Below, one piece after another: positions 49,646-64,000 of a DNA stretch of 64,000 nucleotides. A model generated the notes under the pieces. That model made no database searches. It had not been told where the DNA came from and worked only from the letters and a program-made list of their open reading frames with translations. Each line of letters begins with the position of its first letter. The first letter of the stretch is position 1. Source of the DNA: Ophelia neglecta (lineage: Eukaryota); the NCBI GenBank assembly GCA_965285935.1, contig OZ260664.1, positions 26,846,001-26,910,000 on the forward strand, read 5' to 3'. The translations under genes were made by a program, and so were the position numbers.

Positions 49646-52600
49646 ATAGCTGAACCATCGTGGAAACTTCACTGGCTTCAACTAAAATATTAACCACGTT
49701 ATTACTAGATGTCAGAGAACCAAAACGTTTCTTTTCTTAAATTTCTTCTTCACTAACAATAAAGGAAGGATTTGTGTGGAAAAATCCATTTCAGATCCAA
49801 TAAAAAGCAATAAATGGTTTAGCCTAATTTTGATAAAGGCAGGCTTGCGATTTATACACTTTGTTTATATTATTACAACAAGTAAAAAGATAACCTATTA
49901 GCAACATCTGCTTTGATAATGGGAAGCAATTTTCAAGTAGTTTTAAAATAGAAGTCGATAAAAAGCAAGAAGAGATACACTCCGTTTTTGAAATGTAATG
50001 AGATTCGTTTATGGGTCTGAAGCTGAAGGTTTGAATTTAAAATAGGTCATTCCTGATTAGCTATTTGGTAATGTCTGCCGGGTATCATCTCCCATTTGTA
50101 AGGCATAAGTAGGCATTCTCGTAAACGGAAAGAGAAACCAACTGGACTCGGATAAGTAATATGCAATTATTTACGAATACTATTATTTAATAGCTGGGCC
50201 CTATAATACTGATAAATATAAAGTTTTGAGCCAGCCAATATGGGCAGGAAGCATAGACATTATATATTTGGCTCGGCGTTTCAAGCTGAGATATAACTCA
50301 GGTTTATACTAAAGAATACTGGCTTGACACAAGACAAAGTGTCGCAAAAGCATATTAAATGAAATACATTTTGGAATTAGTTTCTTTCAATTATCGGACT
50401 GATGGCCAAGAGTATCTGCACAGGCTTAGTGAAATATAACAGCCAATGCATGATTATTCGATTGGTGTTTTCGCTTAAGTACGACCGTGTGTACATACAG
50501 AAATGAAGCCCGACTATACACAGCCTAGCACCTTGGCGTAAGAAAGAACCGAATAAATGGCATGACATGTCCGCATGTTGATCTGCATTCTGGCGGCAAA
50601 TTAGTTACACTGTCCATTGATATGCTTCTCAACAAGCCTCGTGGAGGACACACGGACGACAAAATACACACTCTGGGTTCCTCAAAAACGCACGACATTC
50701 TAATAAACCCTGTAAGATGCCTTTGAAGAGAATTTTACTCCTTCTTCTTGGCATGGGCGGTAGATTGCACCACATTTTTAGTCATGAAGTATAACTCTGC
50801 TGTCATCTTTTCATGCGTGGTTTCTAGAAAACTACCTTGGTGCTTTTCTGACTTTGTAATTCTAAAGAATGCTTACAAAAGCACTTGCACAACACTAGAT
50901 AACTCTACGAGTCGCCCACATGTAGCAACATCCAAAACAATAGTAGGGATTGTTTTATGAAGTAAAACGCGCTTTCATTGAAACAAACTGTGTAAACTTT
51001 TGTATTATAGAATGGAAAAGTATGCTTTGAAATTACATTATGGAAAAACCCTATAGAACTATATGTTCGTATTTTATGTTTGACTTTCACGTTATGATGT
51101 CAGGTGCATTTACACGTATTCAGTTATAAATCAGTTTCTGATATGTTTAGATCGACGCATATATATATATATACATATGGCAAGGGATCGGTCCTAGTAA
51201 CTCTCTGGTCATAGCCAGTCTACGAGGATTGGAAAAACGGGAATGGATCCGTTGCAGACAAACCATAATCAGTGACCGGAAAGAAGACATTTAATCGGTT
51301 AGATTTCACCAGGAGCCGTCAGCTAACTCTCATGAACTAAGATCTGCAGTAGCTCCCCCGGGTGGTCTGAATGTGAACTATGACACTGCGATCGGACTTT
51401 GCGGTAATACGATTACTCGTTTACCTGTTGCTAGACACATACGTTGTCATGGAACCCATTGGTTTAATATATAGATCCTGATGACATACACATACACCTT
51501 TATAGTACAAACGTCCTAGACTCAAATCGAAAGCAATATATATTAGTTTTCTCTTTGAGGGTTGTCTCCCTGATGTCAGTGCATGGATAATAGCAATTCT
51601 CAGAAACTGAAGTATGATAAAAAGGAAGTAATTTACCCGAGATTATGGCACGAGCACTTTACTGGTACAAATTATCTTTCAATTTCTGTGACTGGCGCTA
51701 AAGCGATGGCCAAGAGAAACCAGTCTGTAACTTTGAAGTGCTATTAAACCCATCTCTCACAAGGGACCTATACCTGGCAGCAAGGGTGTTAGGCGTTGTC
51801 AAGTCGAATACATTCAACCTACGAAAATTCACTACATTCGGTAATTTTTCACAGCTGATGCCACTAGTAAGCTCATGAATTCATCCCATGACACGTTTAA
51901 AGTAACCACTTTGCGAGTGCAAATCTGCGCTGTTCGTCTAGACGTGAGTGTCACTCGTCATAAGGAGGGATCGTATTGCTCGTATACCACACTTGCTCCA
52001 TAGGCACCCAGCTAGCCGATAGATGGCACTCTTGTATTTAGGTCATCGCGTTGAATTTGTCCCCTGAATAACTGTCAAACATTATTACGTCTTCTGGTTT
52101 CAGTAGCCGATGTTCAATTTCCCCAATCCAGACTGTGATTACGCAAAGGGGTGATATACTCGCTAACAAGAGGGGCGAGCTGGCTGTGGACGATGTAATC
52201 GGAAGAGAAGAGGAAATATACTAAGTAATATTATCTGTGGCATGTGGGATGTGGATTCCGACGGATTTTCAAAATGATGTTACATAACAGGCGATTTGGG
52301 TGGTAAACGTGGGATTGATTTATTAGTTTATCATTTTAATTGAAAAGAGCATCAATGTTTTGCCGTTGGGTAGACATTCCTGAATGGCCGCCAATGAATG
52401 GAGTTGTCTTATTAGATTAAGCAGTTTTAGGCAACAACTTGTTCTCACAAATCGGTTGGTTAGGCTTTGCGTAAAAGTTACCTTCGCCCATAGAATGACA
52501 AAGTGCTCAGCCTGGCCGAAGAATCTGATTTTACATAAAATAATCGCGATATGGCAGCAACATTTTTAACAATGTTGTTATACGTTAGATGCCTATAGCA

Positions 52601-55600
52601 CTGGTGATAAGGCGAAATTCCACTTGGTATTTGGCACAACTGCCAGACAAATAGCAAATATCTGCATCGTTGTTTCATTTCATCAAAGAATGCAACAAGA
52701 TTCATATGTGGGTCATTGAAGGTAGAGGGAAAATATCACATAGCTCCCATTTCAATATTTCTGTTTGGATGTACCCGTAACTGTAATTGAGCTTGAACCT
52801 GAACGCCTGCTGTTGAATCCTTTCCCTCGGTTGGAAAGCCAGATGACCCTCGAGCCGGACCGGAAGTACAAGCGGCCCTGGATACTCTCTGTCAGTGTTT
52901 TCGGTCCATACCTCCTAGCCACACAGCTAGTTTACGGATTTTCTTTGGGCCGTCATCGCGTGGCTATCATAGGCCTATATTAAATAGTGTTACTCTAGAA
53001 CCAACATTATATGGTGTGATGATGGCAGTAGTGCTTCCAGCTACAGGCTTGTAAACGATGGTTTAGTTCATTTTTGCCAAGGGGGGTGGCTGCCCGGAAG
53101 TGCCTTTATCAGGCCCCTGTCCCTACTCCGAACCGACCGGGGTCCCCCCTTTACCAGGCTACGTTAAACATGTAAAGTTATACTGAAAACCTCCTGTAGA
53201 AGCCTCGTTGATTATATATTAATGCCATTTCCTCTTTGATAGTTCCCGCATAAATCTAATACCCGACCTCATCGCCTTGGGTACTGCTCATCGCGCAGGT
53301 CTACCCTACATAAAAGGCAGGCAAAGATTTGACCTTTGACCTTCAACCCCTGATGCAAAGACGACCCACATCCGAATTCAACAGGAAACACTTGTACAGT
53401 CAAACCCTTCTTAACGAATTAGCTATTAGCAAGATACTTCAAATTAAATTTAAAAACATATACAATGACAACGAAAACCAAAGGTCAAAAAGCCGACATC
53501 TCCATTAACTTTTCATGCTTTCCTATCCCTTATTCAAAATGAACCACCCACTTCTCCCTCCCACCAACTTTACTTGCCTTTTAGTCGGGTCAGCGCACCC
53601 TTAACAAAAGGCCCCGGAGTATAAAATGGCATTGCTACAAGAAGTCAATAACCTGGGAAAATCAAGTCTTTTGTTATACAATTGACGGAGAATTAGCTAT
53701 TGAGAATGGAATTAAGTTTATGATAGCCACTCACGAGCTCGATGGAAATTACCTCACTCCAATAGAAAAGGACAAATTCGTTTCAAGCTGTGTATTAAAG
53801 AGTTCTTCATTTAAGGTATCCCTGCGTTCCTATTGCAAATAGTAACAGCGGCTTAAATTCGCCTACATACCCCTTCAACGTATAACCGCGAACAATTCTC
53901 AAAGATGCGCCCATTATTATTGGCTTCGACATTGATGTTTTAGTATAGGTTATCATGACTTATTAGGGAAGCTTCCCACACAGACGTGCAGAAATCACGT
54001 TTTGTCAGGAATCTATTTGCCTGGTTGCAACCGACCTACATTGTTGGACAAAGTGCGAAGGGACCGAATTAATCCTACATTTAAATTATAAGCTTATTTT
54101 TCTTCTTTTAACCACGAACTCCCTTCCACCCATCACCCTCCTCTCCCTATCTGGTCCGCATCTTGATCGCCTCATTTCACACGACATCAGGATGACAAAC
54201 GACCTTGTTCTGCCGTTCGCAGAGGCAGCCGACACCTTGTGTTGAGTCTCCTGTTTTCGACCTTATCGAGTGCGAGGGGCGGGGGACCTTGCAAGAACGA
54301 CATAGCTGGCTGATGATTCGGGCACCACGACAGCAACCTTGAGCTTCAAACATTGAGCAATCCAAACAGTAAGACAAGTGATTGTCAAACGGTTAATGTT
54401 CTCTATAACTCAATCATTTATGACTAGCAATGACTACATGTGTTAGGATGCATGGTATTGTATAAATTGAAGGAAGTATCACATCCAGTGAGTGTAATTG
54501 TTTTTAGCAATTTTTGTCTTCATGAAAAGTAGCATAGAAGCAAACAATGGTAAGTGAATATAGATATTGTGCGATGGTACATATAAAAGGCCTATTTCGA
54601 GCAGGTACCAGTGTCATATAGGCCTATGCATAATATTCCATTCTGTACGATTCAGTGAAATAAAATGGGATTGTCTCCGTTGTCAGTTATTTCTTGTACT
54701 TCTCGTCTGGAGAACTAAGTTAACTGGAGTCATTTGAACCGAATGTTAGCCGAAGATGTCAGCTCGATGGCTACACCACAGTGCACGGGAACAAATCTCA
54801 ATTGTAATTAGTATAGGATTATAGCTCTGACCGACGTTATGTCACCGGGCCATGTCTTTATCTCGTTCCTTTAACGTACAAAACGCTAACTCGGTCACCA
54901 TCATCACATTTCTTCCGTTCAAATATGTATCTTATTTACAACAAAACATTTTTACTCATGTAACCTCCTAAGTTTTATCTTATCTTTATATGTCCTTAAG
55001 CCTAATCTAAATGTGACAAATTAAAAGCTCGTTCGATAAAAAACGAATGTTTCCTTATTTTGGAGTTCTAGCTGCCCTTGAAAGTACGAAGAAAATGTAA
55101 AAATAAATAGGTTTTTCTTGTTCCCAATCAAATGTGCTAACAAGTTTATCCGTCCTCTATGTCTGAAAATTGGTTATAACAAAATATCGTTTCATGCCAA
55201 CAAAAAAATGATAGCAACATAATTCGAATACAACTAACTTTTTCAATTTCGCAGGAGAAATATGAGGCAAGTCTTCTGAGACACTTATTCCATCTCCTTC
55301 AGTCGGTCCGGACACTAATGCCTGCGGTCCAAAATCTAATATAAGGAGAGGCACATGAAAAGGAAAATGACACGTGAGGATTGTCTTAATCAAATTCCCA
55401 TCATATGTTTCTTATCAAATTTCTAGCTAATAAAATGTGATTTTCATGTCTTGCAGCAAGTTGATAGCCAATCTCAGGAGTGAGGAAGCATTTGGGTGTC
55501 ATTTGTTTCCCTTGCTGGCGCACCCGAGCCCCTGCCGGAGTCTCGAGGGCAGCGCCAAGCCGTTTATTGATGATACTAGATAGTTGCCTCAAGATGGGCT

Positions 55601-58600
55601 TACTGTAGAGCCCACGGGTGATAAATTATAACTATAGTGTGATTAGGATGGGAGGAGACAAGAAAGCAAGCAATCGGTTTATCGATTTGATGTTTTGCTC
55701 TTTGAAATGTGATTTACCTTAATTATAGGCCTACATTGGATTGTTAAAGGGCCTAAAACTGTGTTTCGTGTAAACCAAACGCACGGGTTCCACCAAACTT
55801 GACCACTTTTTTTAGGAAAGTGGTGGGGGAATGTTATTAATGATCCATACCGATAGCAATGTGGTATGTAGGTATTTATACACAAATATGACGTCCGCCA
55901 TTGCAAAGGGAACAATACACTTTTCATCAGGATTTCCCGCTTACCAGATACAATTTGGTTATTCAATACCTTGGTATCCGAACCATATACAGATAAATGA
56001 TAGACTCAAAGACCAAATAGCACTGGAGGAACACCAGTGATGCCCCGGGTATTAATTACGACTCAGTATACAAATTTGATTATTAGGTGGTGGCTACGCT
56101 GCCGGTTGGCAAGGCCGGCGATGATGATCAAACCCAGCTGTTAAATTGTGGTTAAATCATTCCGCTGCAGGCTGTGGGCTGCACTGGCAACACCAAGGCA
56201 TAATATTTCAATGAAAAAATTATTTTACTTGGACCTTTACTCGCTCTTTGTCGAGAGGCTGAAAACCCGTGCAGCAGATATCCGACTATATCAAGGATCA
56301 CATAGTCTGCAGACTGCAGATATTGGCATTTCCCCCTACCAAAACGACATTAACTCAACATCCGGATGTAATATTACATATTTACATAGCGCCATTTTGT
56401 TGAAGATGGATGCAGATGTATTTTTAGATGATCCGTTATATAAAACATTTAGACCTTATCAATTCTATTTTAAGTTGTAAACAGAATTATTGCGCGGCAG
56501 GAGGGGTCGGTAGTCCCAAATGGGGTCATGTTTAAGCGTCGGATTATCACGTGACAGTTGCCGACGCGCAGTTTTCAAGCATTGAAGTTTACCGAAGAAT
56601 AAAAATTCAGGATGATTGTTCATTTTTCAACGCCTACCAGCCGCAGATATTAGATTTTTTGAAAACAGGGCTTATGCAAACTGATGTGGCGAAAGATATT
56701 GTGATCAGCTTAATAGTAAAAGATGCTTTGGGCAGTTCTATGTGATACCCAGAACCAATATCAATATTAATAACTTCATCCTAGCAGACGATCTTCCAAC
56801 GCAAGGGGGAAGATGAGAAGTTCATTGTAAAGATAACCTGTGGGCACACCATATATTCGCCAGTAATCTACGTTATCTCAACCACGGGCCGTCTGAATAA
56901 GACTCTATCAAAGTAACCATAGCCTATACATCGGAGTTTTATCAGTAGTTTTGTACAAACCAGAAGGCAAGCAATGGTATTCTTAGATAACGAATCCAGA
57001 ACAAACGAATTCCATGGAGTGTTTAAGCTTAAAAAGCAAGCGAAAATTGGTAGACAGCCTCTACTAGACTTGCCCCTATTGTCGAAGGACTTTTTAAGAA
57101 GTAAAAAACCCATTGTGGCGATTGATTTCACTAAATGCAGTGTCTGCTGCTGGAAGGCTGGGTGTTTCCTCGAGATACCGTTCAGCCGGTTGCTTGTTGT
57201 TGGTTAGCATTCCTGCCTATAGAAGAAATGGTAATAATACAGAGATAAACCAGGGGCTGGAGACCATGAATGGTCTGATTATGACAAGACAATCAGATCT
57301 TAACCCCTGTTGCTGCCTGTCAGCCAAGGTCTATGATATTCATCCCTAGTGATGAACGACACCACACGACTAGACTGGTATACCTCGCTAGGTCAAGGAA
57401 AGTAAGACTTTTGGTTAGTGTGCACGCGACTAGATTTTGCCTCACATTTCCCTTACCACACACTTGCCTTTGGCCTTTTAGTCAATGAGATTAGGAATCT
57501 CGCTGACATTTGTTTGTTATGCTTAAAGGGTTAAGGTTCGATCAATTTACATATTTGTGCTGTAGGCCTATGTAGTCGTTCCAGAAATTATGGAATTTGT
57601 ATTGTTTTTATTTGTTTATGAAATTAACAACGCATATGTTACATATTACTTTTTGGGAGCCTTGTGCGGATGTGTTTACTTTTTGCCCTCCCTCCTGTAG
57701 CGTTTTCAGTAGTATTGCTGGGACGCTTACTAATGTTGCCACTTTTATGGCCTTATAAAGGGTGCAAATTAGTTTGCTTAATCCAGTCATTTTATGCAAC
57801 CCTTAAAAGTTATTTTAATGGCTCATATATATAATGTAAACGGCCCATCTCAAGCCACGTGTCAAAAATATATTGCCCTGCCTGCATCTGAAATCACCTT
57901 TGTTTATGATGGTTTAACCCAGATATCCGATTGATTATCAGACAATGACATGGAGACATGCCAACATGCCACTGGCTCTTCTGGATTAAGGGCCAGTTAA
58001 TACTATTGAGCGTAGATATCCAGTCCAACTATTCTTCTTTGTTGTTATGGGAATGTCGATACATCCATCTGTCTTGAGATTAGGGGCCTATTTGTAATAT
58101 TTGTACTCGAATATACTAGCTTCAACTTGTATACACAACTGAGATCAGAGGAATTGGGAGTCTTCGACTGACCTTGAATACCAATACTCAGATAAGTCCC
58201 AATTATCATTATGAGGGTTTATCACGTTCTTGTCCCAATGAATGCCGGGAAAACTCAGTAAACAAACTATGTCTGACACCTATACGGACAAGAATCGTGA
58301 GAGGAAAACATTATTGCATTATTTAACGACAAAAGAGACATACGCTTGTTGGGCGGAAAGTGTAGGAATCCATCAGATCCCCCATTCGCAGATAAATCAG
58401 CTAAAGCAAACAGTTTGGAATAGCAATATGTCCCTAATACTGTTTGTCTGTGGGTCTTCCTTGAACAAATATACTGACAATGATATCATACTTATAGTGT
58501 GGATGCATTAGTTGGACCGTCAAACCATGAAACGACTCACTGCCATTTCCAAATGCATGTGACTCCACCTTCCATAATTGGAGGTGTATGACTATATTAA

Positions 58601-59713
58601 TTGTCGATGCCTGTATTTATTTATTATTCCTATATTCTGCTAAATATTGGGGATTTAATCTGACTGATCCCTAGTCGTCCAATCGGAACCGGTATAATAG
58701 CGCTCACGCCACTAGATAATGTATAAGGATGGTCTATGAAGAACTGCAGCAGACGACAATTCAGGACAAGAACACAGCAGATAGAACCCCTTCAGTGGTG
58801 GTATTGCGATGGACATATTTAAAGATAGCTTAAAGATTAAGACAGGAACTGTTTTTTGACAAGTATTTGTTCTTATCATATTAGTCACTCGAGGTCTGTG
58901 GCGCTACACATCTGTAGCATATTTCAGATTCAGCACGATGGAGGGGATTGTAGAATATGATACTTCACACAAGACGCCGAATAGAGCTTTCCAAAACGGA
59001 AATGCAGTTTGCGAAATTGTAACGACCTGAGGATGAAGTGGTGTCGATCTGCTAAAAAAAATCGTCTTAATTAAGGCTGATAAATCTTACTAATCGGGGA
59101 TAAAAAGTCCTTTCTGGGAAACCTCTAAATAAAATAAGTGAAAGTCAAGTCAAAAGCCCTGTAATAAAAGAATTCACAACAAAAGAGATTAAGGCAATTA
59201 CATGTACCTTATGATTACAGTTACTGTCTTGAGGTAAATAATCCAAAATTATCACAGAACCTGAAAGTGAATTTGAGCAACTCGTGTAATAAAAGAGGGC
59301 TGGGCAACATGCATGATAACAATTGCTTAACAGTCAAGAGAGTCAAGAACTACAGTAAAGATAAAAACCCAACCTATTGCTTTCGTGATAAATTCAGAAA
59401 AAGAGCTTTTAAGTTCTTAGTTAAAGCTATCGAGCTTTTCTATTTTATCTCTACGATACAAGAGTCTAGACTGTGCAGACTATCTTAAGGGTAAAACTTA
59501 TTCGACATTCTAAAACTTTCTTTGGTCCTAGCCTATAGTTAGTTGTTATTCCTGTTCAGTATTCACACATGGACGAGACATGACCGAGCGACAGGTTAAT
59601 TTGCATGTTTCATAAATAATGACCTTTTTTTTTCCTCCGACGATGTATAGGAAGTCCTGGTCGAGTTACCCAGCATTTTAACATTCAAATGGTATTAACG
59701 CACCTATATTAAG

Positions 59714-59955
59714 TGAGACTTCGAGTTTTCCTTCTGTCTGGCCCCAATACTTAGTGATCGAGACTTTAAGTTTTCCTCCTGTGTAGCCCCCATATTAAAT
59801 GAGTCTTAAAGATTTCTCCCTGTGCAGCCTCAATACATCGTAGACACAGAGCCTTACCCCTGGCTGGCCCCCATACCTAAAGAGACTTCGAGCTTCAAAA
59901 TTGTGAGTCCTCATATATATAGTAAGACTTCAAAATTAACCCCTGTATGGCCTAT
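59714..59955. repeat. Degenerate ~43-bp tandem repeat, ~6 copies
   Basis: Recurrent gagacttcgagttttcc..ctgt.tggcccc..ata units. Confidence 0.65.
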
Positions 59956-62900
59956 GCGATATGCGAGAAAAAAACAATTACATAGGCCTATGCAGATAAT
60001 GGACTTGAGCCCGCGAATCGGTTATTGGTGCAAAACATCATTTAATCGTACGGTGAGCAAACTAGCGTATTACATAATTTATGTGTTTTTTTTGCAGCTA
60101 ATCACACAGGATGTCTCGTTATACTCGTTATAAGGTGGTAAGGAGGATGTACCATACTCCGGCACAAATTTCTCACTTTGAGTGAATGGGGGGTGGTCTT
60201 TGTTGGATTTAGAAAAAAAATGCCTTTTTAAGGGTTCTTTCTTATACAAGTAACTTCAGGCACGTAACAAGGAAATTATAAAGTTGTACGGGAATCGTCC
60301 CACTATTAACATACATAAAAAGTCATTATAATTTTATTGTTTGCAATATATCGAGAAAAAACAAATTGTCATATCGCGTGATAAAGAAAGTAAACGCCGC
60401 AAACGTTTTTTGCTTAAATGGGTAGCCAAACCTCAAAACTGGTGGCTTTTTCACTCATTTATACTCTGTTATTTGCGGCGGAGTCGATTGGTGTTACGGT
60501 GTACTTGCATATTATTCAAATGTGCATGGTCTGGTAAACTTGAAAAACATGCGTCCGCTTCTCATCCAAAGTTTCTGTCGTCCTGAGCTAACTGAATGGA
60601 GAAGCTATTGTTAAAGCAGATTCGTGGCTATGAAGCTGGATAATGAAAGAATGAAAAACATACTGTCGATATTATCTGTCAGTCTAATCAACCATTATTT
60701 CATTCGGGTAATCCCATATACGTGAAAGAAACACGATATCTGTCTGCCCCAGTATGTTCATGTGATGGATTGTATCATCAACAACCGCCTCTTCAGTATA
60801 ATTAAAACTGGGCTTTGTAAATATCGCAAAGACATAATACCAGTTCATATATTAAAGCAACTCTTCTCTCCGCTGTAGTGTTACCAGGCATAAAACCCTA
60901 ACCCAATAAGTCCCTAAAGGTTATGAGAATGGCATTTTTCATCAATTTTACATAATGCATCATAAAATGTCCCAACAGCTTAGGTCCCAAGTACTAGATT
61001 ATCCTCTCACCAGGAAGAAAATACTGACTCTCCAAGGAACATAAGGATCCAATATATTGTTCGACATGTCTGACTGTTTCCGTAACCTAGGCGGTGTTTT
61101 CCTAGACAGAGGCATGGCGTATAATGATCCCTCTATATCGGTCTGACAAGGGAATTATGAGCATGGCGGGCATGTCAGCGGTCCCTCACCACATTGGAAC
61201 TTTTAACGGCTCTCTCCGGAAAACTAATGGTACTATGTGTCAGAGGATAACTTTGTTAAACAACGAACGAAACAAGACATGCTGGCATAAAATAATCTAA
61301 TACGCAGTAAACCTAAATAAAGGAAATAAATATCTCTACAAAGAACCTTAATTTAATTTAGTTCATTTAGGTTTGTCGAAAATAATACAAATTATATGAT
61401 ATAAGAACTGCTTTTGCATGAACTTAGCCGCTCTTGCATATTCAAGCCACATGTTCAAGTCCGATGAAAATAGATTTGACACACTAACGCTCGTCTTCTA
61501 CCACCAGAAGGTAGGCAAGAGTGGTATAAAAACGAGATATGATAGCACAAATATACACCTAGGAATATGTAAAAACACAAGTCCCCAAAGCAAGTTAATT
61601 TAGAGGAAGGCTTTTTCAGTGGCAAAATGAGAGTTCCAAGCCTATTGCTCACGCTAATCAAATATTTTCAGGGGCTATAGTACCAAACGAGACTTCTCAG
61701 AAGCAGTTTAATTTCAATGTGTACTTGGAAATCAAGGTTTTTGCTTCAAATGTCGGAGTTTTTTTCACATTTGTCATTTTTATTGCATACAGAGGAAAAC
61801 ACACTCTCTTACATTGCTTCAGTTCATAAGATTAAACAATTTGATCAATCACGTCCAGGGCGCACGGTTTGCTAATTGGTAATTTAGCCTGTAGACGATA
61901 CCGAGGCCAACTTCCTGAGATACACCTGAGGGAGGCTGTCAGACCCTGGTAACGAACTTGTGCTTCCTAGTTCGCCTGAGCTGTCAAACAGGTGAACTTT
62001 TAGTATACTTGCTTTTCCGCGAAGCAATCAATTCCAACACCACTGATCATCTAACAGGGTGCTGGGGCGAAGAACTCACCAAGGCAAACTGGCTCTTCCC
62101 AACTTGAAGCGAGACACGAGGGCTACAGTCGGAATTTGTATATATGCATCAAAACGTTGCTTTGGACGCACACGTAATCCTCGGCTTTTAACACAACAAG
62201 ACAGAATATATGCTTGTCGAAAATATTAAGCAACCATCAAACATACTCCTTGCACAACTTGTGAATTCTACCACTATTTGCGGGTAACGTTTCCGCTCCC
62301 ACATAGGCATTTTCTGGTATGCAAGTATGCATACGTATTTATTTTTTAAGGAGATCAATAACCACAATTATAACTACATCTACTACATTTACATAGCATA
62401 TCCCTTCGAAGATAGGCTTAATTACAAATTAAAACATACCGCTCAACCACTGAACAATGAGATACTGTTTTGAAGTCTAACTAAAAACTCTCCACCGTCA
62501 TCGCAAGATATCCTGTGGATCTATAAATTGATCAAGGTTCAGTGAGCCACTGTCGGCAGTTTTTAGGAGGTGGGGGAGAAAACATTACATCAAACTCTAG
62601 GTAGGTGAGAGGGAAGTTAAACCCTAAAATTTCTCCATTTTGGTTGCTTGTCTATTTTGTCACAGTTGCATAAAGTAAGATACATGAATTTGAATTGTTC
62701 AAATTATGGTTATCTATCTCCTTAATAGTCTAAGACGGTAACTATTGAATTTAATTCAACATTTATAGCTAGTCGCGTGAAATTATGTTTACGATTAGGA
62801 CAATGCATGTTTCAAATTGTCCTTTCGAGTGTTTACGCAGGAATGCCAAGAATTAAATAATTCCTAAGCCTAATCGTCTTCTATAATCAAATACCTTTTC

Positions 62901-63894
62901 TTTCAAATTTAATAATATTGGGAAGAAGGAAAGCGATTTGGCAAAGGCATGGAATATCCACAGATTTGGTCCACTTCACTGAGCCTGAACAATGCGTGAA
63001 GTATAATGGTCACTTTAAACGAGGTAAATAAACAGAATAAAACCTTTTTAAAACCATTATGCTTGGTAATAAGGATAAACTTGGGGTCATTTGGAAATTG
63101 GAATGTGGATTGTTTGATTAATTAATTGATTTTTGACTGATTGTTTGAATTTGCCACTAGTAAAGCATATACATGTAGTATATTTTTAAAATCAAATGCA
63201 GACATGTAAAACATAGATCTTAATATATAAACATTACACACACGTTTTACTTATTGCACAGCCTAGCACAACAGATAAACATAAACTAGTATATTGTATA
63301 ATGTGTCCAGCGTCAATATATGTATGCAAATAACTGTGACAGGATAGCGTCATTAGTATTTATACAGACATATTTCCAAGACGGTCTCTGAAATAATAGA
63401 AGTAGACTATAGACGAAACAAGTACTTTACCGACTGCTACCCTAACGAGCAGATTGTTATTTTTCGCTTGCTGTCTGTTATTGCCCGCTCAACATATCAG
63501 ACTACAGAGGTACTAAATAAAGTAAGTAATTCAAAAAAACCATTAACAATCATGGCTTCATGAACAAGGTGCTTATAAGAGATGGTATGGAGGAAGGAAC
63601 CACTGAGATATGTCTATCGAATCAGCCTGCATCCAGCTAAAAAGGCCTCTTAGGAGTTGCCCAGGCTCCCTTTTCCGCTTGGCCACCCCGGCTTAGGGAG
63701 CTTAGGAACCCGGAGTAAGCAGAGAGTTGCCAGTTGCCAGTTCCCTATTCAGCCAGACCGGAAGTTATCTGATAACTCCCAATTGGTAGTTCCCTATTCG
63801 GCAACCAGCCATAACATAACTTAGCTGACAATACCAAGTGAAATGTTCGAAAATAAGAAAATAAATAACAATTTGAAACAATTAAAGACGGGCT

Positions 63895-63955
63895 ATGTAT
63901 ATATGTATACCTGTATGTGTGTGTGTGTGTGAGGGTGTGGGTGTGTATATATTAT
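63895..63955. repeat. (TG)n/(TA)n microsatellite
   Basis: tgtgtgtgtgtgtgtg and tatata tracts. Confidence 0.7.
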
Positions 63956-64000
63956 ATCTAAGTTTTGAGTGTTAAAATTACGCCAAATTGAAAGAAAAGA

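Noticed and set aside
47561-49653. Similar short ORFs (VKYYRS) in the duplicated segments as a peptide gene pair
   Set aside because: Non-ATG starts, different frames upstream, and no sign of codon-level conservation on either strand.
54177-54377. Cys-rich 66-aa ORF
   Set aside because: No signal peptide, recognisable Cys spacing or supporting splice structure.
50000-64000. Numerous 60-110-aa ORFs in the right-hand region
   Set aside because: Lengths expected by chance, with no motifs or coherent exon chains; treated as intergenic or 5' intronic DNA.

Overview
AT-rich, intron-containing animal (invertebrate, probably lophotrochozoan or other marine bilaterian) genomic DNA; not prokaryotic, and no CRISPR, rRNA or tRNA seen. 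Six protein-coding genes could be reconstructed by hand from splice sites. (1) The 5' part of an unknown Pro/Lys-rich gene running off the left edge on the minus strand. (2) A 520-aa single-exon, largely disordered ORF. (3) A two-exon 398-aa membrane protein that looks like a catalytically dead paralogue of gene 4, with an N-terminal RVxF motif. (4) An intronless 272-aa TECR/steroid-5-alpha-reductase-family enzyme. (5) A two-exon 94-aa small protein only half visible in the ORF track. (6) A 7-coding-exon, 501-aa nicotinic-receptor-like Cys-loop subunit on the minus strand (24699-42900) with a rewired ligand pocket and an unusual pore. The rest is intron/intergenic DNA with MITEs, a decayed L2/CR1-type LINE, several minisatellites (two with higher-order structure) and a 133-N assembly gap. 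No convincing coding sequence was found in about 43.7-64 kb. All homology statements are from recalled family motifs, not database searches.
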